The notes: a model not told the origin generated them from the sequence alone. A DNA stretch of 64,000 nucleotides from Eledone cirrhosa (GCA_964016885.1 OZ024762.1:17794001-17858000); one strand, 5' to 3'; positions 29,795-45,094 are shown, numbered from the stretch's first letter. Numbers and translations are program-made.

Positions 29795-29916
29795 TACATA
29801 TATATATATATACATATGTATGTACATATGTATATATATACATATGTATGTAGATATGTATATACATATATATGTATGTATATATATATATATGTATATA
29901 TATGTATATATATATG

Positions 29917-30008
<92 letters not shown>

Positions 30009-30634
30009 TACGTATACATTTTTAAATGTCCCTATATTTGTGTTGTATGTGTGTATGCATGCATGCATGTATGTATGTACATGTGTGTGTATGTATGTAC
30101 GTATGTATGTACGTATGTATGTGTGTGTGTGTGTGTGTGTATATGTATGCATGTACGTATGCATGTACGTATGTATTTATGTATGTATATCTGTATATAT
30201 GTATGTACATATGTATGTGTGTGTATATGTATGCATGTACGTATATATGCATGTGTGTGTGTATTTATATGTATGCACGTACGTATGTATCTATGTATGT
30301 ATATCTGTATATATATATATGTATGTATATATGTACGTATGTATTTATATAAACATACAAATACATTTTCCAATGTATTAAGGAGGGGCGTGAAATGAAG
30401 CCTTTTCCGCCATTTTCTCGTTGGAACAAAAGTTAGCATTGTTTGTGACTTTAGATTTTACTCAATGAACGACCGAGGACCCTTTGAGAATTGAAACAAT
30501 ATTTAAACATAGACCGCCTTGCGGTTAGATTAGCACTGTTATGATGTTACCCACTGCCTATATATATGTGTATATATATATATATGTATATATATATATG
30601 TATATATATATATATGTATATATATATGTGTGTT

Positions 30635-30684
<50 letters not shown>

Positions 30685-30770
30685 TATGTGTATATATATG
30701 TATATATGTGTGTGTTTATGTGTATATATATATGTGTGTTTATGTGTATATATATATGTGTGTGTGTTTT

Positions 30771-30812
<42 letters not shown>

Positions 30813-30882
30813 TATACAAGTATGATATACATATACATATATATATAATATACATGTACATAAAATATACATATTTATGTAC

Positions 30883-30962
<80 letters not shown>

Positions 30963-30963
30963 T

Positions 30964-31001
<38 letters not shown>

Positions 31002-31073
31002 TATATACAAGTATGGTATACATATACATATATATATAAGATACATATACATAAAATATACATATTTATGTAC

Positions 31074-31108
<35 letters not shown>

Positions 31109-31330
31109 TTATATATATACATACACACACACACACACACACATACTCACACATATATATATATATATATATATAACGTAGGTGATATCCCGATGTTAAT
31201 CGGGAGGTGACCACAGTTACATAAGTCATTCAATACGTTACTAGACTGTAGGCGTATTTATTCTACAGGACTAGAACTGTTTCATTCATGAAACAGTTCT
31301 ACTCATTTAGAAGTCATTTCTATAATATTA

Positions 31331-31530
31331 ATTGTTTCTACTTTAGGCACAAGGCCAGCAACTTGAAGGGGCGGGGGAAAGTCGATTAAATCGACTCCAG
31401 TGTATTACTGGTACTTTATTTTATCGACCCCGCAAGGATGAAAGGCAAAGTCAACCTCGGCGGGATTTGAACTCAGATCGTAAAGGGACGTAACTATGCT
31501 GGAAAGCATGGCGTCATATATATATATATA

Positions 31531-31567
<37 letters not shown>

Positions 31568-32185
31568 ATATAATAAATATATGTAATATAATATATATAT
31601 ATAATATAATATAATATATATATAAAATAATATATATATAATATAATATAATATATATAAATATGATATAATATATATATATAATTGTTTCTACTTTTGG
31701 CACACGGCCAGCAATTATCAGTGCATTACTGGTACTTTATTTTATCGACCCCACAAGGATGAAAGGCAAAGTTAACCTCGGCGGGATTTGATTATATATA
31801 ATATATATATATAATATAAAATATATATAATATAATATAATTGTTTCTATTTTAGGCACAAGGCCAGCAATTACCCAGTACATTACTATTATTTTTTTTC
31901 ATCGACCCCGTAAGGATGAAAGGCAAAGTTAACCTCGGCGGGATTTGAACTCAGACCGCAAAGGGACGCAACTCTTTGCTGCAAAGCATTGCGTTCGACT
32001 CTCTACCGATACTGCCAATCTACCAATACTTATCTAATGTTCCTTTGAACGTAGAGTGAAGTGTTTTAATACTGAGTTCAAATCCCGCCGAGGTTGACTT
32101 TGCCTTTCATCCTTACGGGGTCGATAAAATAAAGTACCAGTAATGTACTGGGTAATTGCTGGCCTTGTGCCTAAAGTAGAAACAA
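31331..32185. mobile_element. Cluster of four SINE family 1 copies (three minus, one plus)
   Basis: Copies at 31331-31516, 31683-31791 and 31839-32025 (-) and 32072-32185 (+). Confidence 0.9.
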
Positions 32186-32345
32186 ATACTTATATATATA
32201 TATATACATATATCAGCACCGAAACATCGGATCGGGAAACATTTACCTTTCTCCTCTTGTTCCGACCTAACTACCATCATAAACCTTGCTTTTAGGAACC
32301 ACACAGCTCCCTTCGTTTCATAATTTATATATATATATATATATT

Positions 32346-32752
<407 letters not shown>

Positions 32753-32916
32753 ATAATAATAAATTTGAAGTCTAAAATCCAAAGAGGGCTCGATAAGGAT
32801 AAATATATATCAGATATATAAGAACCGTAGAGCAAATATTTATTAAAGTAACAGATTAAAGTTTGAGCAAAGAATCGCTGCTTTAATCTGTTATTTTAAT
32901 ATATATATTAAAGCTG

Positions 32917-32969
<53 letters not shown>

Positions 32970-33146
32970 AAGATCTTACGTCTCCCTTGGCAAGCAGGGG
33001 TTACCCATTACAAAATCGGCAAGTGGGGTGTTATAGCCCTAGTCTACCCCCCCCCCGGGTCATTTCCTATTACCCACTCTACTACCCTAAGTATTGAGTA
33101 CTTTGGTGCGTTATGGTCCCCCTGGTTCCTTACCACATATCCTTCG

Positions 33147-33208
<62 letters not shown>

Positions 33209-33603
33209 TAGCTGTTCTTTTGTTATCTAATAAACTTTCTCTACTTAGCATTTGTCTTTTTTTTTTTACTAAAAGAAGCCAAGACATTAGAAACCACGAG
33301 CATTAGGTAACAATGGGATTTTAGAATTCACTTATCCGGATATTTCACTTAACCGGATCTTTTTCTAACTGTTTGGTTTTGACCGTCCGGATAAGGGAAG
33401 ATTCACTGTATATATATATATATTATAAGAACAGATTAAAGTTTAAGTAAAGTTTTAAGTAAAGAATCGCTGCTGAAATTCAGAAGATCCTGTTAAGAGT
33501 GAAAGAAGTGATTCTTTGCTTAAACTTTAATCTGTTCTTACAATAAATATTTGCTCTACGAGTTTTAATATTTATATATATTTTATATATACATATGTAT
33601 ATA

Positions 33604-33713
<110 letters not shown>

Positions 33714-33998
33714 TGGTTACACAACAGTTAGTTCACCATACCGAGAACAATTGTTTCACCTTAGCGGATCTCCTCGGTATCGTGAACTAACTGTTGTGTA
33801 ACCACTTCTACCTAACTCGTCCCATGGACTGAGTGCTCTACCACTACGGATATTACCTTCCAGTGTTCCACCACTATATATATATATATATAGCACCCCA
33901 AACACTTAAATTGGGATTATACTAACATATAATCTAATTTTGTTGAGTGAGATGGTTACCAGTCAGAGTTTAGCTTTAAGCTATCTCTGTTATTGTAT

Positions 33999-34066
<68 letters not shown>

Positions 34067-34132
34067 CCTTATCGAGCCCTCTTCGGAGTTTCGACTTCAC
34101 ATTTATTATTACTATATATATATATATATATA

Positions 34133-34678
34133 TGTGAAAAAATGGGGAGAAGAATACTGCTGGTTGCACATGGATAACATGTAATAAAATAAGTCCCTCA
34201 TCAGTGATTTGCCGACGATCATAGATATTTCATTGCATTAAAAATCATATACCTCACGTCGGTGCAATAATAACTAAATTAAGTTATTAGGACAATTAAA
34301 ACGCGTAAAGCGAGTGAAACAAGATAACAACAAAGAGGATAGCTAACGGAAGGGAACAAGCTTCATAGTTATTCTGTTAGCATAAGCTAGGTGAATATAT
34401 GAGCGCTTAGAAAAAAGACCTTTCAGGAGCGAATTCAAATGTGAGAAAGAGAGAAAATGATTTCGTCGCGAACGGGGTGAAGTGAGAAGAGGAGAAACAG
34501 TGAGTGAGTGAGTGGAAGTGTGAGGAAGAGTTAACTGACATGACAGAGGGGGCGAAAGAAAGTAGGAGAAACAGAGAGAGCGAGGGAGCAGTAAGAGAGA
34601 GAGAGAGAAAAAAACAGAATCGCAGTTTAGGTAAATATATGTGAAAAAATGGGGAGAAGAATACTGCTGGTTGCACAT

Positions 34679-34683
<5 letters not shown>
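34133..34683. mobile_element. Element of about 550 bp with identical 43-bp terminal direct repeats inside (TA)n
   Basis: gtgaaaaaatggggagaagaatactgctggttgcacatggata occurs at both ends. Confidence 0.75.
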
Positions 34684-34735
<52 letters not shown>

Positions 34736-34790
34736 TAGACCTTGCACTTTCCTGTTGAAAAGTGTTTTTAACCTCATATCATGTTACCTT

Positions 34791-34858
34791 ATTTTATCTG
34801 ATGAGAACACAATTTTTGTCCCAGGATGATGTTGTTTTCGAAATGCGCATAATAAAAT
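34791..34858 (+). ncRNA. Hammerhead ribozyme motif, family H
   Basis: 7-bp stem I attttat/ataaaat, CTGATGA (34798), stem II gaacacaa...ttgttttc, GAAA (34840), palindrome tgcgca, then TA^. Confidence 0.8.
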
Positions 34859-34985
34859 ATATTGAACTTCTTTAACCATCTTTTAATTTCTTCTTTAATA
34901 TATACTCCAGTTCTACCAACTGTTGAGTGCTACTTATCTTCTGATATATGCATAGTTTTATTGTTCTACAATATTACTCACCTTC

Positions 34986-35051
<66 letters not shown>

Positions 35052-35594
35052 GGAATTTAATGCCCGAAGCACAAAAGCCAACGCAATTTCCCGGTCTTAA
35101 TTCGTATAAACTGCTTAACCGAAGCTATGCCACGTGGGTGGATAATTCGGAATATATTACAGTGATTCGTTCACAGGAAACGGCACCCATATAGAAGCAA
35201 CAGGCGGACAATAATCAAATAAATTTAAGAATAGCAACAGTTAAATTAAGAAAGATTCTGTAAAGATACGTCATTGTGGACCAATGCAATGAGATGGAGA
35301 CATTAACCCAAATTAAATTTCGCCATGATTTTGTTACAGCGTAATTTCCACTCCTTTGTCAGAATCGGTAGAGCGTCTTATACAATGTCATTACGGTATT
35401 TGTTCTGGTTATTTACATTCTGTATTTAAATCCTACTGAGGGGGGGGGGTCAACTTTGACTTTCATCCTTCCGGCGTGGCGGCGATAAACGAAAGTACCA
35501 GTCATGTATTGGGGCTGATTTAATCAATATTGTCATTCCCTGCCCATATTTGTTGGCCTTGAGACTAAATGAGGAATCAATTTTTTGAGCAAGA

Positions 35595-35983
35595 TGGTTG
35601 GATTAACATCCATGAGCTTCGTTGGTTACGCTTTGAGATCCAGCCGGATCTGTTGGAAACTGTTGCTTCTGACAGGACCCGTTGGGGGGAGTGTTTGAGG
35701 GCTTTGACCCCAAGACCCTCTCAGCAGTATGTGGGCAAAGAAGAAGAAGCAGAAGGAAGAGGAGGAAGAGGAGGAGAAGGAGAAGAAGGACGAGGAGAAG
35801 AAGAAGAAGAAGAAGAAAGGGGGAGGAGGAGGAGGGCAAGAAGAAGAAAAAGAAGAAGAAGAAGAAGGAGGAGGAGGAGGAGGAGGATGAGAAGGACGAG
35901 GAGAAGAAGAAGAGGGGGGGGGGGGGTGGCAAGAAGAAGAAAAAGAAGAAGAAGAAGAAGAAGAAGAAGAAGAAGAAGAAGAA
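35595..35983 (+). mobile_element. RTE-like LINE 3' end with a (GAA/GGA)n tail
   Basis: LLETVASDRTRWGECLRALTP followed by a purine triplet tract. Confidence 0.6.
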
Positions 35984-36134
35984 ATGAGTTTCATTATTCA
36001 ATATATTTCAATTAAATTGTAAAAAAAAATAACACCCCAAAACAAGGATAACAACTAAACATCTACGAACATCAGTAAACAATAACAACATAAATAATAA
36101 CAATAACAACAACTACAACAACATCAATATTAAT

Positions 36135-36323
36135 GGGTTCTGATTTAGGCACAAGGCCAGCAAAAAAAAAAAAGAGAAAGTCGATTAAATCGACCCCAGT
36201 GGGTTACCCGTTAGGATGAAAGGCAAAGCTAACCTCAACGGGATTTGAACTCAGAACGTAAAGGGCCGTAACTCTATGCCGCAAAGCATGTTCGTTGGCG
36301 CTCTACCAACACTGCAAATCCAC
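36135..36323 (-). mobile_element. SINE family 1, diverged
   Basis: Same head, B box and tail as the other copies. Confidence 0.8.
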
Positions 36324-36743
36324 AATAATAACAACAACAGCATCAAAAACATTGCAATAACAACAGCAACACAACCACAGCAACAACAACAGTAACAACA
36401 GTAAACGCAACAACAGTAACAACAATAACAACAACAGCAATGACAACAACAACAGCAATGACAACAACAGCAATGACACCAACAACAACAATAACAACAG
36501 CTACAACAGCAATGACAACAACAACAACAACAGCAACAACGAACCATTACATTCATTGGTTTCTCTAGCACCTTGGTGTGTACCCCCCCCCCATCTGTTT
36601 AGTTCTGGTCTCCCCCCAATCCCACCCTCACCCCTTCCTTCACACCCCACTCCACCCTCACTTTTTGTGACGCATGATATGTATAAAGGAAATTTATACC
36701 ACACCCGCTTATTTGTATACATTTATATATCTATCTATCTATA

Positions 36744-36794
<51 letters not shown>

Positions 36795-36803
36795 ATATAT
36801 ATG

Positions 36804-36905
<102 letters not shown>

Positions 36906-36920
36906 GATGTATATATATAT

Positions 36921-36952
<32 letters not shown>

Positions 36953-37049
36953 TATGTATATATATATTATATATATATATATTATATATATATTATGTAT
37001 ATACAGATAGATTTACAGATAGATTGGTAGATGTGTACGCATACGTGTA

Positions 37050-37194
<145 letters not shown>

Positions 37195-37258
37195 ATATAC
37201 ATTATATATATATAATCTATATATATACATTATATATATATAATTTATATATATATAC

Positions 37259-37295
<37 letters not shown>

Positions 37296-37600
37296 CACAT
37301 GTTTATATAAAATAACAACGTGTGTTAGTTGTTATCAGAGACTTAGGAGGAGAAATAGCAAGGAAAAGCCTCTGATCCCCAACTGAAATCTGAAACCCGA
37401 AACTTAAAACCTAATTCAGGTCATTCAACCAATTATATTTCTCTGGTTTTAGTCCTGCCACTTCCTTGTTATCCATTCTCGACTCTTCTAGTGTAAACAA
37501 CGCTTCGAAACTCTCTCCGTAATTATTGCAGTGTCTTTTCATCTGTGGGTGTACACAAAAAATGCGTACGTCTGTAGTTTTATGTTGCTCGTCTATATAA

Positions 37601-37640
<40 letters not shown>

Positions 37641-38094
37641 TTAATGGTAGCTATGGTGCTTCCTTAGGCGGTATGCCAGTTGAGCACTCTATGTTCTTAC
37701 AGAGCAGAGTGTGATATAATATAAAACGAAAAATCAGTGATGCATCTAGACTCAGTTTATTGTGTTACAATTGTTTCGCCGGCAGATAGCTCGAGACACG
37801 ACCATTGTATGGATCTGTCTGATTCTAGAACTGCGGGTTCTTCGGACACATGCAATACTTTCGGAGCAAATTTTCTCACTATATATATAGTAATAATAAT
37901 AATAACAATAGTAATCACAATATAAATTTGAAGACTAAAATCCAAAGATGGCTCGATCAGGATAAATATATATCAGATATATAAGAACCGTAGAGCAAAT
38001 ATAAGCAAAGAATCGCTGCTTTCACCCTTAACGGGATCTATCCCGTTAAGGGTGAAAGCAGCGATTCTTTGCTTAAACTTTAATCTGTTATTTT

Positions 38095-38140
<46 letters not shown>

Positions 38141-38445
38141 TGTATATATATATATATATATTTATGTGTGTGTGCAGGGGGCCTCGTTTGCCTTAAAAAT
38201 GTGAGGAGGACAAACCAATATTTGCTGATTCTTAAAAGAGCATAAATTGCTTATAGTGCCTTTCCCCGACACTATCACATAAGTAAAATTTTCCGCTAAT
38301 TAAATTTTATATATTCAAATGAAGTTCAGATATAAAAAAAAAAATAAGCTTAAAAAGAATTTATTATATTAAATAAACAAAAAATAAAACATAGACGTTT
38401 GAAAAAGTGTGGGATGGGACTTGATACCTCCCTGAAACAAGGCCC

Positions 38446-38541
<96 letters not shown>

Positions 38542-38581
38542 GCGTGTGTGTGTGTGTGTGTTTAGTATGTATGTATGTAAG

Positions 38582-38800
38582 TACGAGAGGGTGCTGAAAC
38601 ATTGCTGGCTTTAAGGGTGTCAGAGACCTGGTTGGAGGCCCAATATTCCGAGTCCTTTTTACAGGGTTTAGAAAAACTGAAGGACTCCTGCAATAAGTGT
38701 GTGAATCTGAGAGGGGAATATGTTGAATAAAATCATAATTAACTGATTCTCCTGTATTTTCTTTTACCCAAAGCCAGGAACTTTTCAGCACCCCCGTGTA
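38582..38800. mobile_element. Tc1/mariner-derived MITE
   Basis: TIRs tacgagagggtgctgaaacattgctggcttt and aaagccaggaacttttcagcacccccg. Second copy at 39940-40155. Confidence 0.8.
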
Positions 38801-38954
38801 TGTATGAAGTATGCAGAGGGAATGATTTGCAGTATAAGTTCTGGGTCTCTGCTCTCCGAGTCGAGTTCAAGCTCTGTCTAGGTCAACTTCCCCTTTCATC
38901 CTTTGAAGGTCGATAATATAGTACCAGTAGAGTACTGGTGTTTATTATTCACAC

Positions 38955-39112
<158 letters not shown>

Positions 39113-39412
39113 TCGCTCGCTCGCTCTCCTTGCTCACCATCTCTTCGATGAAAGAAATCAGCTGTGTTCCGAACAGAAAGATGGCTCTGCCAGATTTAAA
39201 TTGCCCGCTCATCATGAAGGCGCCCCTACGTCTTCATTAGGAGTTAAGATCACCATCTTATCTTACACTTCCAATTACGAGAAAAAACAGGTACTCAATT
39301 TAAGAACAGTTTTCACTCTCCTACAAAATATCTTTCATCATCAACTCTTTGCTATTGGAGGAAAAAGAGTTCTTAATATCAATTAGCATAGAAGGGTAAT
39401 GGATTAGCAGAT

Positions 39413-39601
39413 AATTGTTTCTACTTTTGGCACAAGGCCAGCAATTACCCAGTGCATTACTGGTACTTTATTTTATCGACCCCGTAAGGGTGAAAGGCAA
39501 AGTTAACCTCGGCGGGATTTCAACTCAGAATGGCAAGGGCCGTAACTCTATGCGTCAAAGCATGGCGTCCGACCCTCTACCGATACTGCCAATCCACCGC
39601 C
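39413..39601 (-). mobile_element. SINE family 1, full length, with TSD
   Basis: Flanked by a direct repeat aatggattagcagataat (about 39398-39415 and 39602-39619). Confidence 0.9.
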
Positions 39602-39677
39602 AATGGATTAGCAGATAATAATACATTAAAAGCGGCATATCTTTATACTTGCATAACTACACCTCATAATTGTATGA

Positions 39678-39751
39678 GCATCTGATGATGTCACATGGAG
39701 ACTATTAATGATATAACCTTTACATAACCGTGTCATTGAAATATATTATGC
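39678..39751 (+). ncRNA. Hammerhead motif, family G-like, long stem II
   Basis: Stem I gcat/atgc, CTGATGA (39682), tgtcacatgg...ccgtgtcatt, GAAA (39738), tatatt. Confidence 0.55.
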
Positions 39752-39939
39752 AATAAAACAATTAAAGTAAAAGTAACTCTATCTTAACATTTCGTAATAG
39801 AATCTCCGTCACACTTAATCACCAACATTTCGCTGGGTATACACTACTGACGTGGAGTGCTTTTGGACTACTTAAACCTGTTTATCCTCGCAGCTTTACA
39901 ACGTAACCTCCAAGGATAAGCACCCTAATTTTCTGAAAA

Positions 39940-40155
39940 TACACGAGTATGTGCTGAAATGTTCCTGGCTTGATCTCTGCTACAGAGGCCTGGCTGAAGG
40001 CCCAATCTTCCGAGTTCTTTTTACTTAGAAAAACTGAAGGACTACTGCAATAAGTGTGTGATCTGCGAGGGGAATATGTTGAATGAAATCATAATTAACT
40101 GATCCTACAGTATGTTATTTTACTGAATGCCAGGAACTTTTCATCACCCTGCCAT
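39940..40155. mobile_element. Tc1/mariner-derived MITE, diverged copy
   Basis: Homologous to 38582-38800. Confidence 0.75.
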
Positions 40156-40530
40156 GTGTGCACACACTCACACTCACACACACATACACTCCCAATTTTC
40201 CCCTTTAAGGTGCTGGTCAACCCAGATTTATGGGTGTGAAGTGAGATCTAACAGAGAACCACGTCGTTGCAAACCAAACATCTTAACTGCGTAGCTCTGA
40301 TTATGCTCAGAAATACCATATATATATATATGGCCTCAGCCGGATGGCTGAAACAGGTAAAAGAGTAAAAGAGTATATATGTTTGTGTGTGTGTACATAT
40401 ATAGTTGACCCGATATCACTGATTGTGTGTGTGTATGTGTGTGAGTCTGTATGTGTCTGAGTGTCTGTGTGTCAGTGTGTGTATGTGTGTGTGTCTGTGT
40501 GCATATACACGTGTGTATAAACACATTTAC

Positions 40531-40593
<63 letters not shown>

Positions 40594-41019
40594 TTATATA
40601 TATACATACACACACACATATATATATATATCTATTTACGTAGATATATGTGTGTATGTGTGCGTGTGTATGTGTGCATATGTATGTGTGTATGTACTAT
40701 GCGTGTGTGTATGTGTATGTGTGAATATGTGCGTGTGTGTGTGTATGTATGTATGTATGTGTGTGTGTGTATGTATGTATGTATGTTTGTATGTATGTAT
40801 GTATGTATGTATGTATGTATGTATGTATGTATGTATGATGTATGTATGTGTATGGGTGTGTGTATGTATGTATGTGTGTATGTATGTGTGTGTCTTATCT
40901 GTGGCGTTCTCTACATGGTTTATGGTCTATATCACAATCAACAGATTTGTTAGGGTCTGTTGTTCCCCCTCACACTTCAACACTAGAGTTATTATCTCAC
41001 AGCGTTTCGTTACAACACT

Positions 41020-42272
41020 GACACACACACTCACACACACAGAGCCACACAGAGCCACACACATTCACACAGTACCACACAAGCACACACAGAGCCACAC
41101 ACACTCACACACAGACACACAGAGCCACACAGAGCCACACACACTCACACAGTACCACACAAGCACACACAGAGCCACACACACTCACACACAGACACAC
41201 AAGCACACACAGAGCCACACACACTCACACAGTACCACACGCAGTCACACAGACAGACACACAGTCACACACAGACACACACAGAGCCACACACACTCAC
41301 ACAGTACCACACAAGCACACACAGAGCCACACACACTCACACACAGACACACAAGCACACACAGAGCCACACACACTCACACAGTACCACACGCAGTCAC
41401 ACAGACAGACACACAGTCACACACAGACACACACAGAGCCACACACACTCACACAGTACCACACAAGCACACACAGAGCCACACACACTCACACAGTACC
41501 ACACGCAGTCACACAGACAGACACACACAGTCACACACAGACACACACTCACACAGTACCACACACAGAGCCACACACACTCACACAGTATCACACGCAG
41601 TCACACAGACAGACACACACAATCACACAGTACCACACACAGACAGACACACACAGAACCACACACACACACAGTGAGGCAGATACACTGATATACACAC
41701 ACACACGGAGGTACACATACACACACAGGCACATATACTGACTCACAGGCACACACACACACACAAGCACACACACGCAGGCACATATACTGACACATAC
41801 TCAAATACACACATACATGCACATATACTGACTCATAGGCACACATACACACAGAGGCAGATACACTGATACACACTGACAGAGAGGCACATGCACACAC
41901 GCACACAACCTGACACACACTCACATACATACACTCACATACACGCACATATATAGCCTGTATGTGTGTGTGTGTGGGGGGGGGGTGAATCCACATACAT
42001 ACATGCAGGCACATACACACGTACTGGTACATACATATATACAGACGCATACACTGACACACACTCACACCCACCCGCATACACACACATTTACATACAC
42101 GCACACACACACACACACATACATACACACACTCATACACATTCACACACTGACACACACATACACATACACACACACACACATACACACACACACACAC
42201 ACATACACACACACACACACGTACACACACACACACACACATACACATACATACACACATACACACACACAT
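41020..42272 (+). repeat. (CA)n-derived compound minisatellite
   Basis: Reiterated cacacagagccacacacactcacacagtaccacac modules. Confidence 0.9.
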
Positions 42273-43629
42273 ATATATAGTTTAAGGAGACAACAAACAG
42301 GTACAAAAGTCTTATTAGTTTCACGCTTTATATTGGAAAAAGGAAAAAAAAAACATTCGACGTGTCGGACTTGAGTCCTTCGCCGGGAGTAGGGATGTGA
42401 GAAAGAGATATAGAGAAAGAATCAACTCCAGTCCGGAACTGGTACTGTTTTTTATCGACCTCGAATGGCTGGAAAGCAAAGAACACCTCGGTGGGATTTA
42501 AACCCAGAACACAGAGACCTGGAAGGAATGCCGCAAAGTGTTCTGTCCAATTCTGTTCTAACGACTCAATTGGTCAACTTATATTCCTTTTTTTCTTTTT
42601 GACCCGTAACTCCTGATGGAGTCTTATGGTTAGGATGGACATACGGCATATTCTGGGCATTTAAAGCCTGGCGGAACCCTTCACCTCTCCAGCTCTGAAC
42701 ACAGCAGATTTCTTCCTGAGAAGGATATAGCTTGAGAGAGAAGAAGTGAGAAAGATATAGAGGAAAGAATCGACGCCAGTGCTAGATTGGTATTTTTTTA
42801 TGAACCTCGAAAGGATGAAAGGCAAAGTTGACTTCGGTGGAATTCGAGAGCAGAGAATCAGGTGGAAAGCTTTCTACTGACATTCTAACGACTTTGCTAA
42901 TTGGTTATGGCCTATAGCTTATGTATGGACCCGTAATTCCTGGTGGAATGCAGGGGCACCATAGTGACATAGGACATTTCTTGGGCATTTTAAGCCTGGT
43001 GAAGCCCATTTCTTCTCCAGGACTGGATACAGCAAATTTCTTCCAGAGAAGGAAAGAGAGTGAAAGAAAAAGGAAGTAAGATATATTTCTTATTCTAGAA
43101 ATACATTTTAAGACTTGGAAGAATTGAACTTATGGCTACATATTTTCGGTCAATGCTAAAGCTGTTTCTTAAATCTCACATTACAAAGATCTCTGTCCCC
43201 TCTCTTTTTATGCCAGTCTGTAGAAACTCTTCCAGATATCAATGAAAAGGATGTATATATCTTTTACGGAAATGCACTTGTTTCGCCCTGTTACGTGAAA
43301 TTCGCTATTTATTTGACCTTTTCAAGTGTAAGGCTTTCCCCGGAAAAAAATAATAACTTGGTCTACAGCAAAGCAAAAACAGCCCAGGCAAATAAATATT
43401 TCCAAATCCCGTTTAATGCTTGCTGACGTCATTTGAAGGAGAGATGGGCGTGGCTTATTGTTTATAGGTGGTTTTTCTCTTTTTTTTTTATAAAGAAACA
43501 TTATTTCAAAACCAGACGTGCCGTTATCCACAGTCTCTTTGAAAACAGAGAGATGTGATTTAAAGGAACATTATTTCAATACTGGACATAGCGTTATCTA
43601 ATGGTCCTTTGAAGATAGAGTGAAGTGAT

Positions 43630-43712
43630 GTCTCCCTTGCTGTCCTTCGGGGAAACGCCTTCTCCATTCTGACCGCCGGGGCTGTGGTGGAGCCCCATCG
43701 CGTATCATTCCA
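43630..43712 (+). mobile_element. CRE-clade non-LTR element extreme 3' end
   Basis: LSLAVLRGNAFSILTAG resembles the CRE C-terminal motif RLSxAxQRGNAxSIL. Related sequence on the minus strand at about 47230-47300. Confidence 0.55.
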
Positions 43713-43993
43713 TATTTAGTTGTGGTCAGTGTGTGTGTGTGTGTGTTTGTATATATTGCTTGTTTTCATTCGGCATAAAGTCATTCTTCATTGCTTTTCT
43801 CTACTAATGAATTATATTTGGAAAAATAAAACAATTCCCTTCATGTTATAAAAAAAAATACAAAAAAAATACATAGAAATTGAACGAAAAAAAAAAAAAT
43901 TAAATAAACATTATTTCCAATCAATACTGGTACTTAGCATTATCGAATGTTCTTATGGAAATAGAGTGAAGTGATTTAAAGAAATATTATTTC

Positions 43994-44654
43994 GGATTGA
44001 CAGTATCGGTAGGGAGTCGGACGCCATGCTTTGACGCATAGAGTTACGGTTCTTGCCATTCTGAGATCAAATCCCGCCGAGGTTAACTTTGCCTTTCATC
44101 CTTAAGGGGGCGATAAAATAAAGTACCAGTAATGTACTGGGTAATTGCTGGCCTTGTGCCAAAAGTAGAAACAATTATTTCAATACTGGTACTTAGCATT
44201 ATCGGGGTCGATAAAATAAAGTACCAGTAACGTACTGGGTAATTGCTGGCCTTGTGCCAAATGTTGAAACAATTATTTCAATACTGGTACTTAGCATTAT
44301 CGGGGTCGATAAAATAAAGTACCAGTAATGTACTGGGTAATTGCTGGCCTTGTGCCAAAAGTAGAAACAATTATTTCAATACTGGTACTTAGCATTATCG
44401 GGGTCGATAAAATAAAGTACCAGTAACGTACTGGGTAATTGCTGGCCTTGTGCCAAAAGTAGAAACAATTATTTCAATACTGGTACTTAGCATTATCTAA
44501 TGTTCCTTTGAACGTAGAGTGAAGTGTTTTAATACTGAGTTCAAATCCCGCCGAGGTTGACTTTGCCTTTCATCCTTACGGGGTCAATAAAATAAAAAAA
44601 GTACCAGTAATGCACGGGGTAATTGCTGGCCTTGTGCCTAAAGTAGAAACAATT
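43994..44654 (+). mobile_element. SINE family 1 followed by a 98-bp tandem array of its 3' half plus flank, then a second SINE
   Basis: cggggtcgataaaat recurs at 44203, 44301 and 44399. Confidence 0.9.
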
Positions 44655-44974
44655 ATTTCAATACTGGAGATACAGTTAACTGTGGTTTAAAGAAACGTTA
44701 TCTCAAAATCTGGCTGTTCGAGTTGAGACAATGATTCCATTAGTAAGTGAAGGATCAAGATTCCTGGTACCGGGACATGACACTGAATAATGGTAGCACA
44801 ACACGGAAGCGGGGCTTACATACTTATATATGAAATCATATCTAGAGTTCTACAGAGATTGTGGGGATGGGGGTCAGTCTAACAGTTTTTGTGGTGGAGG
44901 TGTTGGGGGGTAGGGTATTTTTGTTTGGTTTGGTGAAGGATTGTATTTTACAAAATTGCAAATTTACAACTATA

Positions 44975-45036
<62 letters not shown>

Positions 45037-45094
45037 TTATATATATACATATATTATATATATATATATAAATATATATATATACATATATTAT

